From: Mytilus trossulus
Lineage: Eukaryota
Reading direction: 5' to 3'
Assembly: GCF_036588685.1 (NCBI RefSeq)
Contig: NC_086373.1
Span: forward strand, 106,330,001 to 106,394,000
DNA length: 64,000 bases
Shown one piece after another: positions 39,552 to 53,574 of this stretch. The position numbers and the translations under genes are program-made. The notes beneath the pieces were generated by a model. That model was not told where the DNA came from. It did no database searches and saw only the letters and a list, made by a program, of their open reading frames with translations. The number at the start of each line of letters is the position of its first letter. Position 1 is the stretch's first letter.

Positions 39552-41131
39552 TGAAATTAGAATGATTATTTCTGAGTATTTACTCATCTATATACGACCA
39601 ACTATTGGATATCAGGCAGCAGTTGGCAGAAATTCCTCATCTGTTAATGAATTAGAGCTAAAATAGATTTGTTATATTTTGTTTTTAGACTCCAACCTTT
39701 TGCGACACATGTTTTAACTTTATTATTGAGTGCTTTAAAGCAACATTAAACTTTAAAAGATATGATTATAAAGCATAAAATTTAACTGAATCATTATGTA
39801 ATACAGGTGCATTATGCATTCAGTCTTACATGTGAAGTAACGTTTTATAAATTAGCCTATTTATATATACGAGGATAGGATCAGATAAATCACAATTTAT
39901 ATGATAACCTTTGTATAACAGATTGGTGATCCGTTTTATCAACTACTAGTTACCGTGCGTTATACCTGCGTTATACCTTCCGTGTAGTACCTGTAATTAG
40001 CATTATAATTATCTGTGAGTACTTGTGGAGTACCTGCAATCAACTAGAACAATTACTACTGTTTCATCTTGGATTAAGTGTTTGTGTTCTACCTTTACTA
40101 CTAACATTAGAGATCTGACCAATGGGATGTAACCGCTGACCAGTGTAACGTAATTACAGGAATGTCAATATACTGTCAACGATTATTGGCTCTTATGAAA
40201 CAATCCATTTAATCTTACTTTTGTATCGATGCTTTCATCAGAGGAAGGTAGCAGAAAAGTTTATTTTTGGAAATCAGCGACATCATCGTAACCAAGGTTT
40301 CTTTACTGTTTAGTAACATCTTATTAACGAAGGTAAGTTCCTACATTTATTACTAATTAATTATATCATTAACAACTCTGTTGGACAACTTTGCAGTTTT
40401 TTGTTCCGTCATTGAAATACTTTATGCAGTTATAGAAATTTACACTTATCTGCACCATAAAATAAGAGAAGTATAGGGAGGATTTACACTCGAAAACTCA
40501 AAACATTCTAGACTTTCCGTGATTTTCCATTTAATTTCTTTTTTGTTTCAATCATTTATGTTTATTGATTATACAATCATTCAATGCTAAGGGCATGTTT
40601 ATGGGTTTCTTTAATTCACTTAACTAATATACATGTACACATCAATTTTTTATTGAATTAATGATGAAGATATATTTCCCCGAAAGATTTTGATATTAAT
40701 TGCCAAAGGCTGATCTTCAACAAATTATGATGTAACATGTCAGTATAGTAAACGAAAAACAAAAAAAAACACTTTTTCTGCGCAGGATTAATGCTTTTTA
40801 ATTTTCTTTTTCTTAACCTGAATGAAATAAATTTTTCTGTAGTAAACAAGATTTGTCCCTTTCCTTAGATATTTTATAACAGACCAAAACTATGTACCTA
40901 TACTGCTCATTATGAAATGGTTGTCACTTTCCAGGGATACTTTAGAACAGTCCAAAACTAGGTACTTATACTGTTCATTATGAAATGTTTGGAATACTTT
41001 TTAACATCAACAAGATTTGTTATTTTTATTTCTGGACCTCAGAGAACATTAATGTAAACATCAACATTGGTTCTATAAACAGAAACAGCTATATTTATGT
41101 TGATATAAATCTATATGATAATTTTACATGA

Positions 41132-41257
41132 TGTATCTTAGACAATGTACATCAGGGTCTGTATTATGACATTGTATCTTAGACAATGTACATCAGGGTC
41201 TGTATTATGACATTGTATCTTAGACAATGTACATCAGGGTCTGTATTATGACATTGT
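41132..41257. repeat. 41-bp tandem repeat x3
   Basis: tgtatcttagacaatgtacatcagggtctgtattatgacat. Confidence 0.9.
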
Positions 41258-44200
41258 CAAACATTATTGTTACTAAATTTCGGGGTACTGGTACTTTGTG
41301 GATAGAAATGTTTATATATTGAATTAAGTGAAATTTACTAAAATTGTTTTATTTCCCTGCATTTTCTGTTATGAGAGAAAAGTTTATGATGTGGACTTCT
41401 TCTATTTTTGTAACTGAGCTGTGAGTTTGAATCTATAACATTATTGGCCAGCTTTCACTGACCTTCGTTAGCAGGTTATTGACTACAAGAGCTGGCATCC
41501 AATATCTTGTGAACTTGGTTTGATCTCTTTGTGAGGGATGATGTAATCCTAATGGCCATTTTACAAGAGAAAAAGCTTAGTTAATATCAATAATTCAAGT
41601 TACATTAGTGTTAAGTAACAAATTACAGGAATTCTGACAAATTCTATTGCTGTGTATTAATGTTAATAGCAAAATACATTTTTTTGAATGTTTGTAGAAC
41701 ATAGTTGATACCTCCTCGGAGTGCCTGTCTGTAGAAATCATGACTATCTAGTAATTATTATACTCTTATTACTGTTAATTGTCTTCCGTCATGAAGCAGT
41801 GTGGAGGATACGGGAATGCTTTTATCTGTTCTTCTTCCGTCCATTAAGATTGACATCAGCAATATTTTGGAGAAATCGAAGTAGAACAAATAATTTTAAA
41901 GGAGTTATGCCCATTTGAAATATAAATGCTGAGGAAAACATGAAAAGGCTTTTCACAAGTACATTTCTCATTGGAGTTAAAATTGTTGAAATTTATGTCA
42001 AAGATTTGCACAATCAATATCTCAGATGGAGTCAGAAAATCAGAATTGGTAAAATATGTTTTTGGGAGTTATGGCCCTTTGAAAAGTAAATGATCTTTAA
42101 AATCAGTAGTGTTAGCCCTCTCCCACCTATATCAGTAATCTTTATCCTGTCATCCTAAGACACTTTCAAAAATTATCAATGCTATTCATGCTGTACTATC
42201 TCACACCACACTATCTCTCAATACGACCAATAACCAAACCCACATGGTAAAGTCAGCTATAAAAGGCGTTAACTTGACAAAATGTGCAACAGTTGGAAAA
42301 ATAACAATGTCCTGATATGCAGGCTAATATCTTCAACACAGCTTTTACTTCAATCTTTTTGCTAATTAGGTATTAGGCTAAAGACCCATGGTATTACTTG
42401 TAATCCTGTGTAACTTATTGAATGATGGTAGTCATATTGAGTAGTGGTAATTAAGAGGGTCCTTATTTGAGAACCGTAGGGAATAAGGATTTCAATGATT
42501 ATATTCTTCTCTATTGATGACACTGGTTTGCTGCCTAAAGTACTGTCTCACTAACAGTTCCCATGACAGATGCAAAACATATCCCTTTATATCAAATATT
42601 TTCATGGGGAATTTGACCTTTTCACCTTCAATTCTTTTGTTAAAAATGAAAAAAAACAGAAAGGTTATCAAGATATGATATTCTAAATGAATGTTATATT
42701 TGAAATAGAATCAACATTTTACTTTTATCATGGACATAAATCTTTGTGATTTTCAATGTTTGGTGGAGCCTCCAATAAAACATCAATTTCTGTGATGATT
42801 TGTCCTTTGTTAAAAGATATCATTAGATTGTGTCAACACAGTTTTTGTTAGAACATTACATAATGATGCTACAATCAGTCCTCAGTAATGATAATTGTAA
42901 AAGTCAGTTTGATTGAGAAATTAAATGTGATTTGTTTTGTAATACACATTACCAAGCAATATTTAAAGGGTAGAGGGCAAGTTTGACTTCATTATGTTTT
43001 TTGATTGATGGATTTTTAATCAGGTTCAAATCAAAGTTTTACTCAGATAATAATGATTTTTCATGGTTCATAGACTGATTGAACAGTTGAACTGAAAGAA
43101 ATAGTGAATACTTTTCGACAAATCTTGTTATATATTTCTGAGCTCTTTAGAAAAGTAAGTTTGTTTCATTTGTTTATTTCTGAGTTTTAGAATCTTGGTT
43201 ACATGCAGTGGGAATTTTCAAAATTTTGTTCAACTAATCAGTTTTGAGTAAATCTTGCAAAACAATGTGAAGTGTACTGTTAGGAGTGTAATGTATTTTT
43301 AAAAGTTCATTAATGTCGAGCTCTCAATGTCTGTTATGAGGTGTCAGAAAACTACTTATTCTAGTACTTTCATGGTTCTACTGATAGCTGTGAACCCTGC
43401 ATGTATACTTACCAAAATAGAAACAATATTAACCTCACTTGTTACCAGGAATGATGAAAATTGCAATGTCTTCTCCCGTAATTAATTTTTACTCAAGTTT
43501 ATGTTTTTCCACTTTCCAGGTAAAGCTTTTCCATATGTTTTTTACCTAGTAGATATAAGAAGATGTGGTATGAGTAAATATTACCTATAATGGTTTACTT
43601 TTACAAATTGTGACTTGGATGGAAAGTAACTATGTCTCATGTCAATTTTTAAAATTTGTAAAAATAAACCTTTATACAGTCCTCAACACGGAGCCCTGGT
43701 TCACACATAACAGCAAGCTTTAAAGGGCCCCCAAAATGGCTAGTGTAAAAACCATTCAAACGGGAAAATTACCAACGGTCTAATCTATATTAAACACTTT
43801 ATGAATCACATCAACAAACAACAACTACTGCACATCAGATTCCTGACATAGAACAGGTGCTAACAAATGCAGCAGATTTAAAAGCTTATTTTTTTCACTT
43901 TCCATGTATGCTTTTCCATCTGTTTATCCAACAGTTATATGATTACTCGTTCTTTCTTATTCTGTTACCAGTAATGTTGACCATTAAATATAGAAATTTA
44001 AAGGAGATGTGGTATGATGCAGCCAATGAGATAACTGTCAACCAGAGTTCAAATGACATGGATTTAAGCAATTAAAGGTCACATTTTGGCCTTCAACGGA
44101 GCAAAACCCATAACCACAAAGTCAACTTTAATAAAAGGCCATGATATGGTAAAATTTACACATTAATATGAAAAAAAACAAATGACTAGAATTAAAAAAG

Positions 44201-44271
44201 GGACAAACAGCGTTACCAACGACAACCACTGAATTACAGGATCCTAACCAATTATAAATGTGTTAAGGTTA

Positions 44272-44606
44272 ATTCTAATGCAACAACGTTTGTAACGTTC
44301 ATTTTGATTGGATTACGTCACTTATTTACATGGCATCAATTGACAATTGATGCTATGGGACGTACGCGCAAGCGCAGACGGCATATGACAGATTTTAAAT
44401 ACATGTTTTAACGTTGTTTTCTATCAGTTTCATTAGAATGGAGATAACAATATTGTATTTTAAGCTCCGACGGCATCAATTGGGGATTTGATGGTCGCAA
44501 ATACCTGTTTACTGTCTCCGCTAACGCGTCGCCAGTAAACTTAATTTGCGACCATCAAATCCCCAATTGATGCCGTCGGAGCTTAAAATACAATACAGTT
44601 ATCTCC
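44272..44606. mobile_element. Double-hairpin element (Crypton-like architecture)
   Basis: Short IR attctaatg/cattagaat (44272-44280/44431-44439) abuts a perfect 52-bp IR (44451-44502/44544-44595). The inner stem gtttactg/cagtaaac closes the loop ctccgctaacgcgtcg. CpG-rich, and it appears to interrupt another repeat. Confidence 0.75.
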
Positions 44607-46139
44607 TAAATATGTTTGTGGTAAATGAACCATACAGTTTCCACTTTATGGCTAAACATAATAATAACCTGTAAAATCACTCGGAAATGTAATTTTGGCA
44701 AAATTCAACAGCATCTTGTAATACATGTATATGGAAACGCCTTTAATATCACTGTGGCTTATTGCCACTTTTTGTTTGTTTTGAAATTGTTGGAAGATGA
44801 TGCTTTAAGTATGCTTGGATTAAGATGATAATGTAAACACATTATTATTAGGAGTAAATATCAGAATGATCTCTCTTATTATTACATGCTGATAATGTCT
44901 TAATAATGTTAAGTGGTGTATAGGAATCAAATATATATCAAATGGAATTAAAGGCTTTTAAAGATCATCAAAAACATTAAGTTAATTTGAATTGTATATC
45001 ATGCATAATTAAAAGTGAATTAGGCATATCAAATTTATAGAAAATTGAAAATTTACTTGTGATGAATGTTGAAGGAAATTAATTTTTCAACGCTGTAATT
45101 TCAAACATTGGTTTGACTGGGAAATGTCGGAAGTTTTTCATGCTAACTGAATAAATTGCATTATCGAGAGAGCTTTATACCTTAAATCAGTCGATGAAGA
45201 AATTTTACATTTCCCTGGATTTGATATCAAAAGAATGCACATTGATTTCCATCTAAAGTTCTGTCAACTTCTCAGGAATCAATATTTTCAAGTTTTAGTC
45301 TTAGAAATGTTAAAGCACTTCATAGAAAAATCATCTTCTCAATTGAAAAGAAGTCAAATATAATCTTATCATGTGAATAAATGGGGAATAAGTAATTGAA
45401 GAAATTTAATCCCCACCTGATTTTCCAATCTGTGGATTTCTACAAAGCTTAGACAATACTTGGATTATTTTCTGGAAAAAAAATCTTTCTCCATCTCCTT
45501 AAATATCAAATTGATTAAGTTTTATTTTAGCTTAGTAAACATTATATTTCTGTGGTAATTAGACAAACCCCAGTGATCCTTACAGATTTTATTGGGAACT
45601 CTCAGCTTTTATGGTGTAATAAAAACTTAGAAATCACTAACAAGACTTTACCACTATAGATGTCATGTATGTTCTCATTAAAAGTCTGCTTTCTAGAAAG
45701 AACTGGTAGAAAAGAAGTATAAAGTTGAGGTTTACACAAATTTATAGACTTATTGCATTTGTTTAGGTGGGAGAAACTTAGTGCTGCAACTAGGAGTGCA
45801 ACAGTACTCAGTAGGATCAAATTGTTGAGGTTTTAGAACTGCATTTTTTTTTCATGATAAGAAAAGAACAAAGTTTTGTATTGATATCTAAAGTATGATG
45901 ATTTGTTTTTCTTAGGGAGATATTTAAAATAAACAACAGCATTAAATCAACAATCATCAGTGTTTGTCTAAACATACTTTGGCCAGTGTTGGGTGAGGAT
46001 ACAGATCTCAAAATCTTATCTTTCTATGATCATTGCTTTTAATATTTTATAGTGTTGTTCATCTTGAGGTAAAGCTTTGCAATGCATTGTGACTCCTGTA
46101 TGATGATACTATCATTATTGTGATGTTCTAGTAAGCTTA

Positions 46140-46338
46140 TATAGATTAGACCGTTGGTTTTCCCGTTTGAATGGTTTTACACTAGTCATTTTGGGGCTCT
46201 TTATAGCTTGTTGTTTGGTGTCAGCCAAGGCTCCGTGTTGAAGGCTGTACATTGACCTACAATGGTTTACTTTTATGAATTGTTATTTGGATGGAGAGTT
46301 GTCTCATTGGCACTCACACCACATCTTCCTATATCTAT
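46140..46338 (-). repeat. Abundant interspersed repeat (gaagatgtggtatga-tgccaatgagacaact family), best-preserved copy
   Basis: Related copies or fragments at about 1412-1480, 5843-5936, 13594-13660, 26771-26822, 30871-30962, 43555-43880 and 44000-44270 (+), and 47960-48070 and 60090-60320 (-). Confidence 0.75.
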
Positions 46339-46637
46339 ATCTGTAGATTTTTAAATTGCTAAAATCAAATGTCTAGGTAAAGTAAAATAAGTGGTAACTT
46401 GAATTCCCCAAATGAGAAATTTTGTAGATAAGTGTCTTTAGCATTTCTGTAGTCATTCCTTTGTTATTTAATTTTAAAATTTGACATTCTATCACGTTTT
46501 AGGGTTACAGAAAATTTGCATGACTGTTGTTTATAAACTTGGTGATATCTTATAGTAGATAAGAGTCAGCTACCAATCTGCTATCCACATGATTCCAAAT
46601 CATTTCATATAACTGATCAACATTTATAGTAGCACAA

Positions 46638-46860
46638 CATGAATGTCTTGTGATGCAGGATCTGTCTACCATTCCAGAGCACCTGAGAACCCCCTCATTT
46701 GCATGGCTTTTGTTGGGGTATGTGTTGCTCAGTCTTTATTTATCTATTTTGTGTTTTGTTTGTTGTTGTTTCTCTTAAGGTCCTTTTCTTTTTATGCTAT
46801 GGTGTTGTCAGTTTATTTTTAAATTTGATAAGAACTTCACATTTGGATGTCTCCATTTTT
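46638..46860 (+). repeat. Decayed interspersed repeat (gcaggatctg...ttccagagcacctgaga family)
   Basis: The 46770-46820 part resembles the reverse complement of 15505-15590. The family is recognised from general familiarity with mussel repeats. Confidence 0.45.
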
Positions 46861-47519
46861 GATAGGAAGTTGCTGTTTGTGGTTTGCAGCCACATGAAAT
46901 TGACAAAGAACAACCATGAAAACTTGATATATGAGTCCTCTGTCACAATTTAAACTAATATGAGAGTTAATTGCTGTTTTGAGTATAAACAATGTTGATT
47001 TTAATAGACTGTATAGTGGTTTAAGAAAAAAAGGATGTAATTTACCATATACAGTCTGAGCCTTAATGCGCCTAATTATAACTGTGATGGTGATGTCTTA
47101 CTTTCAATAACAAGACCTAGTCTAATCAGATTGTCAAATATTAGACTGAAAAATGGATGTTATTATAGAACAGACAAATTCTAATTATGATACAAGGCAG
47201 ATTTTACAAAGTTTGTATTAAAAAGACTGATTTGGATCAATATTCCGTGTGATGATGACATTCTTGTTGACTTTGAAATTAATCAGTTGTAAAAGTATGG
47301 CAATAAAAGTACAAATTAGAGAGTTTGTAGATTAACATTATGGTTATTACAATTTGGTAATGGTTTAGCTTTCATATAATCAAGATTTATACAGATAAAA
47401 ATAATAGTTATTGAATGGTTATATCATTAGTATACTTTGATGGTAACTCTCAAGTTGAACTAAATCAATCATACGGTTGCATATGAAAAAGGGTAAAAAA
47501 TTCATTGATTATAGGCATT

Positions 47520-47925
47520 CTCTCTGCATTGAAGACCTATTGGTGACCTTCTGTTGTTGTCTGTTCTTTGTCATGGTCGGGTTGTCATCTCTTTGCCACA
47601 TTCCCCATTTCCATTCTCAATTTTATTTAAAACTTATTTCAGTTGAGCATAGAAGGGTTAAGTAATGTTCAGAATTCAGAAAAATGACCATTTCTATTTA
47701 GAAACAAGTAAATTTCCAATTTTTTTTTGTACAATTTGGAGTTTCGTATGGCATTTATTGTCATTGAACTAGTATATATTTGTTTAGGGGCCAGCTGAAG
47801 GACGCCTCTGGGTGCGTGAATTTCTCGCTGCATTGAAGACCTGTTGGTGACCTTCTGCTGTTGTCTGCTCTATTGGTCGGGTTGTTGTCTCTTTGACACA
47901 TTTCCCATTTCCATTCTCAATTTTA
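47520..47925 (+). repeat. Two copies of an interspersed repeat ending cacattccccatttccattctcaatttt
   Basis: ctgcattgaagacct(a/g)ttggtgaccttctg is repeated at about 47525 and 47828. A reverse fragment lies at 38820-38875. Confidence 0.65.
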
Positions 47926-48329
47926 AAGTTTCTATTTTCCAGCTTGGTTAGTCAAATCTGGGCCTTTTATAACTGACTATGCAGTATGGACTTTGCTCAT
48001 TGTTGAAGCCCATACATGACCTATAGTTGTTGTTATTATGTGTTATTTTGGTCCCTTGTAGAGAGTTGTTATCAAACATGAAATACATATTGTGTATTGA
48101 TGTTTTGAGTTAACAGGCTGTTTGATATAAAACCTTGACAATATATTTATTTATTTATTAATGTTATATAATTTACACATGTTGGTATTTAGGTCAGTAA
48201 TTTCTGTTTATGTTCTAAGGTATTTATAAACTTAAACTGAATGTTTTCTGTAGTCTTTGGTTTCGAGCCTACCATCTGATGGTTATTCCAGAAATATGTG
48301 TTGTGCTCACTGTTCATTGGTATATGAAA

Positions 48330-48875
48330 TGGTTGCTGTTCTTTGACATATGTAAGTGTTTGCTATTCTTTAACATATGTAGGTGCTTGCTGTTTTGACA
48401 TATGTAGATGTTTGACACATGTGGGTTTTTGGTGTTATATGACATGTGTAGGTGTTGTTTATTGACATGTCTAGGTGTTGTTTATTGAAATGTCTAGGTG
48501 TTGTTTATTGACATGTCTAGGTGTTGTTTATTGACATGTCTAGGTGTTGTTATTTGACATGTCTAGGTGTTGTTATTTGACATGTGTAGGTGTTTGCTGT
48601 TCTTTGACATACGTAGGTTGTTTGCTGTTCTTGAACATGTATAGACTTTATATGCTGTTCTTTGACGTATTATTTTATATAGATGTTTTACACATGTGAG
48701 TGTTTGGTGTTATTTGACATGTGTAGGTTGTTTGCTGTTCTTGAACATGTATAGACTTTATATGCTGTTCTTTGACGTATTATTTTATATAGATGTTTTA
48801 CACATGTGAGTGTTTGGTGTTATTTGACTTGTGTAGGTGTAGTTTATTGACATGTGTAGATGTTTGCTGTTTTAC
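48330..48875. repeat. Degenerate ~23-bp tandem repeat with higher-order duplication
   Basis: ttgacatgt(c/g)taggtgttgttta units, and an ~113-bp block duplicated within 48610-48830. Confidence 0.8.
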
Positions 48876-50980
48876 TGGTGGATCATTCTTTTTTATTAAC
48901 CAGTTATTTTGAAGTTACAGTTACTGTATATGAGTATTTTTACAAGAGTTTTTTAATATGGTTTAAGTTCCATAATAATGGTTATTTGGCAGAAGTTTAT
49001 TTACGATTGAACTTGTTGAATTGCATGTACTTTAGAAATAAAAATGCATCAGTACTTTGGAAGTTCACACAGTAATTGATAGTATGTTATCTTACAGTGA
49101 TCAGGAATTTAAGTTACACACCTCTAACAATCTCATCAGTTATTCATGTTCAATGTTAAAACAGTAGGTAAGAATACCTGTAGTGTATTCCAATAAGTGT
49201 AAATTTCCAGCTTATTTTATTGCATTGTCATAAACAACTTCCTGGTCTACTTTTAATTCATTAAATAGAAAACTCAATAGTATTCTTCCTAAATTCCTTA
49301 ACTTCATTATTTGCATAAAAGTTCTAATCACTAATGTATTACTTCTCAGTATTATTGAGGTCACTCGGCTGAACAGTTTTTGAGTTCTAGGTTCTCATTG
49401 AACCAGGAGATTTTTTGACACTTGAATATCAACTTCATAAAAGAGTGACTGAATTGGAAATTTTTTACATTTTTACAGTGACAGCAACTAGAAGCTTGTA
49501 TTCTATGTTCTTGTAAATGTTGTAAATTTGGTCACTGTAACCTATTATGTTGACCTATTTGTATCATCTTTAGTAAATAGCCAGGGTTTATTATTTTTCT
49601 TAGATTATAACTCATGACTCTATATCATAAGTCTATATAATGTCAAGGGTAAAGACATGTGAATTTAATCTTAGGAAGACATGCAGTATCATTTATTAAA
49701 ATGATTTGTAAACAAAGTACTCAAACCATTAATTATAAATAATCTATCTTTATTATGTATTTTTGAGCATAGATTCATGCTGAAATTATAGTAGAATTAT
49801 GTTGTTTATAAATAGTACAAAAGTAAATATTTACGTTTAAAATGATTGCAAGTAGCTCAATGTAGGATATAATTAATCATTTGGTAAACAAAAATTATTA
49901 TTGTCAATTTATGACATTATTTTGAAACAGAAATAATGTGCCAGTACAACAAATGTTGGGGCATTAATTTTGACAAAAGTACTATACATTTGTCAGTATA
50001 AACCATTGATAGCTTAGTGATACTCTATTAATGTTTGCCAATATATTTACAGACATCAAAAGTGTTACCCTCTTGATTGAGATTTTTCTAAACTGATAGG
50101 AGCAGATATTCAAGTTGGCTAATTTGATAAACTTGAGGAAGGAATAATTACAGAGTTATCATAATTGAATGTAGACTATGAACAATAACGATTGAATAGT
50201 TTTTAACTTGTTGGATATGCTTAGCCTATAATGTATTGTATTGAGTTAAAAATAGCTACTGTGTATTTATATGGCAAAGTTTTAGATCTTAGTCCATTTA
50301 ATATTATAGGAACTGACGGAAGTTATATGTCTGTTACACAGAGTGGCTTAAAAGGTTTTTAAGTACGATAAGTAATTAGTTGTTTTATGGTGGATATTCT
50401 TTACAGGGGTAAGGAAGATATTTTTTAAAGAACCAGTGTAATTATATACTTACATAATTCAGTAAAAAGTATGGTGTAATACTTGATAGTGTTTCTATCA
50501 GTAATATATATATTTAACCTTGACCCTTGTCCTTAAGAAAATTAACTTTAATTGCATTGCATATTAATATGTAAGTAGTTGTAGTAGAAATTGTAGTTAG
50601 ACTTCTGAAGAATTAGGCCATTGTTTTGACTAATCAAATCTAACTGATGACTTATGGTTGTACAAGGTTTGTGCTAGTTTTGTTAAAATCTTTAATTCTT
50701 GATGATACTTTCTTTCATTGAAATTGCATTGAAATTGGAAGAGTAAAATTTACAAACTTTGTGTATTCAAATTGGTAAGACGTAAATTACTTTGCTGCCC
50801 AATTGTAGTAATAGGGATTAGTGTATTCATACATAATACAAGAGATAAGTCCCTGTCCACAATTTAAGTGGGCTAACACATACTAGTCTGTTTGTCTGTC
50901 TTTTAGTTGCAATTTTCTTGTCAGATCAAATGAATATCAAACTCACTTAGCGGTATAACAGCTAATCTTTTCCCCTCCCC

Positions 50981-52906
50981 TTTTTAGCTCACCTGTCCTG
51001 AAGGGACAAGTGAGCTTATGCCATCACTTGGCGTCCGTCGTCGTCCGTTGTCTGTCGTCTGTCATCTGTCGTCTGTCGTCTGTCGTCCGTCGTCTGTCGT
51101 CGTAAACTATTTCAAGAATCTTCTCCTCTGAAACTACTGGGCCAAATACTTTCAAATTTTAACTGAATGTTCCTTAGGGTATCTTATTTTTAAATTGTAT
51201 CCGAAGTTTTGATCTATCAACAAACATGGTCGCCATTGCTAAAAATAGAACATAGGGGTCAAATGCAGTTTTTGGCTTATAACTCAAAAACCAAAGCATT
51301 AAGAGCAAATCTGACATGGGGTAATATTGTTTATCAGGTGAAGATCTATCTGCCCTGAAATTTTCAGATGAATCAGACAACCCGTTGTTGGGTTGCTGCC
51401 CCTGAATTGGTAATTTTAACGAAATTTTGCTGTTTTCGGTTATTATCTTGAATATTATTATAGATAGAGATAAACTGTAAACAGGAATAATGTTCAGCAA
51501 AGTAAGATTTACAAATAAGTCAACATGACGGAAATGGTCAGTTGACCCCTTTAGGAGTTATTGCCCTTTATAGTCAATTTTTAACCATTTTTCGTAAATC
51601 TTAGTTATCTTTTACAAAAATCTTCTCCTCTGAAACTACTGGGCCAAATACTTCCAAACTTTAAATGAATGTTCCTTAGGGTATCTTGTTTGTAAATTGT
51701 ATCCGAAGTTGTGATCTATCAACAAACATGGTTGCCATTGCTAAAAATAGAACATAGGGGTCAAATGCAGTTTTTGGCTTATAACTCAAAAACCAAAGCA
51801 TTTAGAGCAAATCTGACATGGGGTATCATTGTTTATCTGGTCAAGATCTATCTGCCCTGAAATTTTCAGATGAATCAGACAACCTGTTGTTGGGTTGCTG
51901 CCCCTAAATTGGTAATTTTAACGAAATTTTGCTGTTTTTGGTTATTATCTTGAATATTATTATAGATAGAGATAAACTGTAAACAGGAATAATGTTCAGC
52001 AAAGTAAGATTTACAAATAAGTCAACATGACGGAAATGGTCAGTTGACCCCTTTAGGAGTTATTGCCCTTTATAGTCAATTTTTAACCATTTTTCGTAAA
52101 TCTTAGTTATCTTTTACAAAAATCTTCTCCTCTGAAACTACTGGGCCAAATACTTCCAAACTTTAAATGAATGTTCCTTAGGGTATCTTGTTTGTAAATT
52201 GTATCCGAAGTTGTGATCTATCAACAAACATGGTTGCCATTGCTAAAAATAGAACATAGGGGTCAAATGCAGTTTTTGGCTTATAACTCAAAAACCAAAG
52301 CATTTAGAGCAAATCTGACATGGGGTATCATTGTTTATCAGGTCAAGATCTATCTGCCCTGAAATTTTCAGATGAATCAGACAACCCGTTGTTGGGTTGC
52401 TGCCCCTGAATTGGTAATTTTAACGAAATTTTGCTGTTTTTGGTTATTATCTTGAATATAATTATAGATAGAAATAAACTGTAAACTGCAAAAATGTTTA
52501 GCAAAGTAAGATCTACAAATAAGTCAATTTGACCAAAATTGTCAATTGACCCCTTAAGGAGTTATTGCCCTTTAAAGACTTTTTTTCACAATTTGTTCAT
52601 CATGTTGACTTACTTTAAAAAATCTTCTCCTTTGAAACTGCTGTATCAATTTCAGCCAAACTTAGGCTAAATGAGTTTCAGAGTATCTAGTATAAATTTT
52701 ATATTTTATTTCCTTGTATGTCAAGAAACATAGCTCCTATGGCTAAAATAGAACATAGGAGAAAATGATTATTTTTTTTGGCTTTTGAAGAAAATAGGAC
52801 GATCCAAAAAACATTTAAATAAATTGAAAAGTCAAAATAATCATTGATGAGAGATTTAACCAAAAGAATTAAGGTGAGCGATACAGGCTCTTGAGAGCCT
52901 CTTGTT
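50981..52906 (+). mobile_element. Helentron-associated element (pearl/DINE-like) with ~502-bp internal tandem repeats
   Basis: 5' ttagctcacctg...gtgagc followed by a (ctgtcgt)n microsatellite. Repeat units start at about 51117, 51619, 52121 and 52621. The 3' end has ggtgagcg, the hairpin aggctc-ttga-gagcct and T's. Confidence 0.88.
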
Positions 52907-53574
52907 TATGCCCCACCTACGATAGTAGAGGGGCATTATGTTTTCTGGTCTGTGCCTCGGATCGTTCGTCCGTCTGTGTGTCCCTTCGCTTCAGGTTAAA
53001 GTTTTTGGTCAAGGTAGTTTTTGAAGAAGTTGAAGTCCAATCAACTTGAAACTTAGTACACATGTTCCCCATGATATGATCTTTCTAATTTTAATGCCAA
53101 ATTATAGTTTTTATGCCCCACCTACGAAAGTAGAGGGGCATTATGTTTTCTGGTCTGTGCGTCTGTTCGTTTGTCTGTCCGTCCGTCCGTCTGTCCGTCT
53201 GTCCCACTTCAGGTTAAAGTTTCTGATCAAGGTATTTTTTGATGAAATTGAGTCCAATCAACTTGAAACTTAGTACACATGTACCCTATGATATGATCTT
53301 TCTAATTTTAATGCCAAATTAGAGTTTTGACCCCAATTTTATGGTTCACTGAACATAGAAAATGAGTGCAAATTTCAGGTTAAAGTTTTTGGTCAAGGTA
53401 GTTTTTGATAAAGAAGTCCAATCAACTTGAAACTTAGTATACATGTTCCCTTTGATAAGATCATTCTAATTTTAATGCCAAATTAGAGATTTTATTCCAA
53501 TTTCACAGTCCACTTAAAACATAGAAAATGATAGTGTGAGTGGGGCATCCATGTACTGTGGACACATTCTTGTT
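52905..53574 (+). mobile_element. Second HINE family with a duplicated/nested 5' end
   Basis: ttatgccccacctacga(t/a)agtagaggggcatt occurs at 52906 and again at about 53111. It has a (gtcc)n microsatellite, and a 3' subterminal gtggggcat with the hairpin tcca...tgga and ttcttgtt. Confidence 0.8.

Noticed and set aside
51174-51500. 108-aa ORF
   Set aside because: It lies within a HINE internal repeat unit and has no protein-like features.
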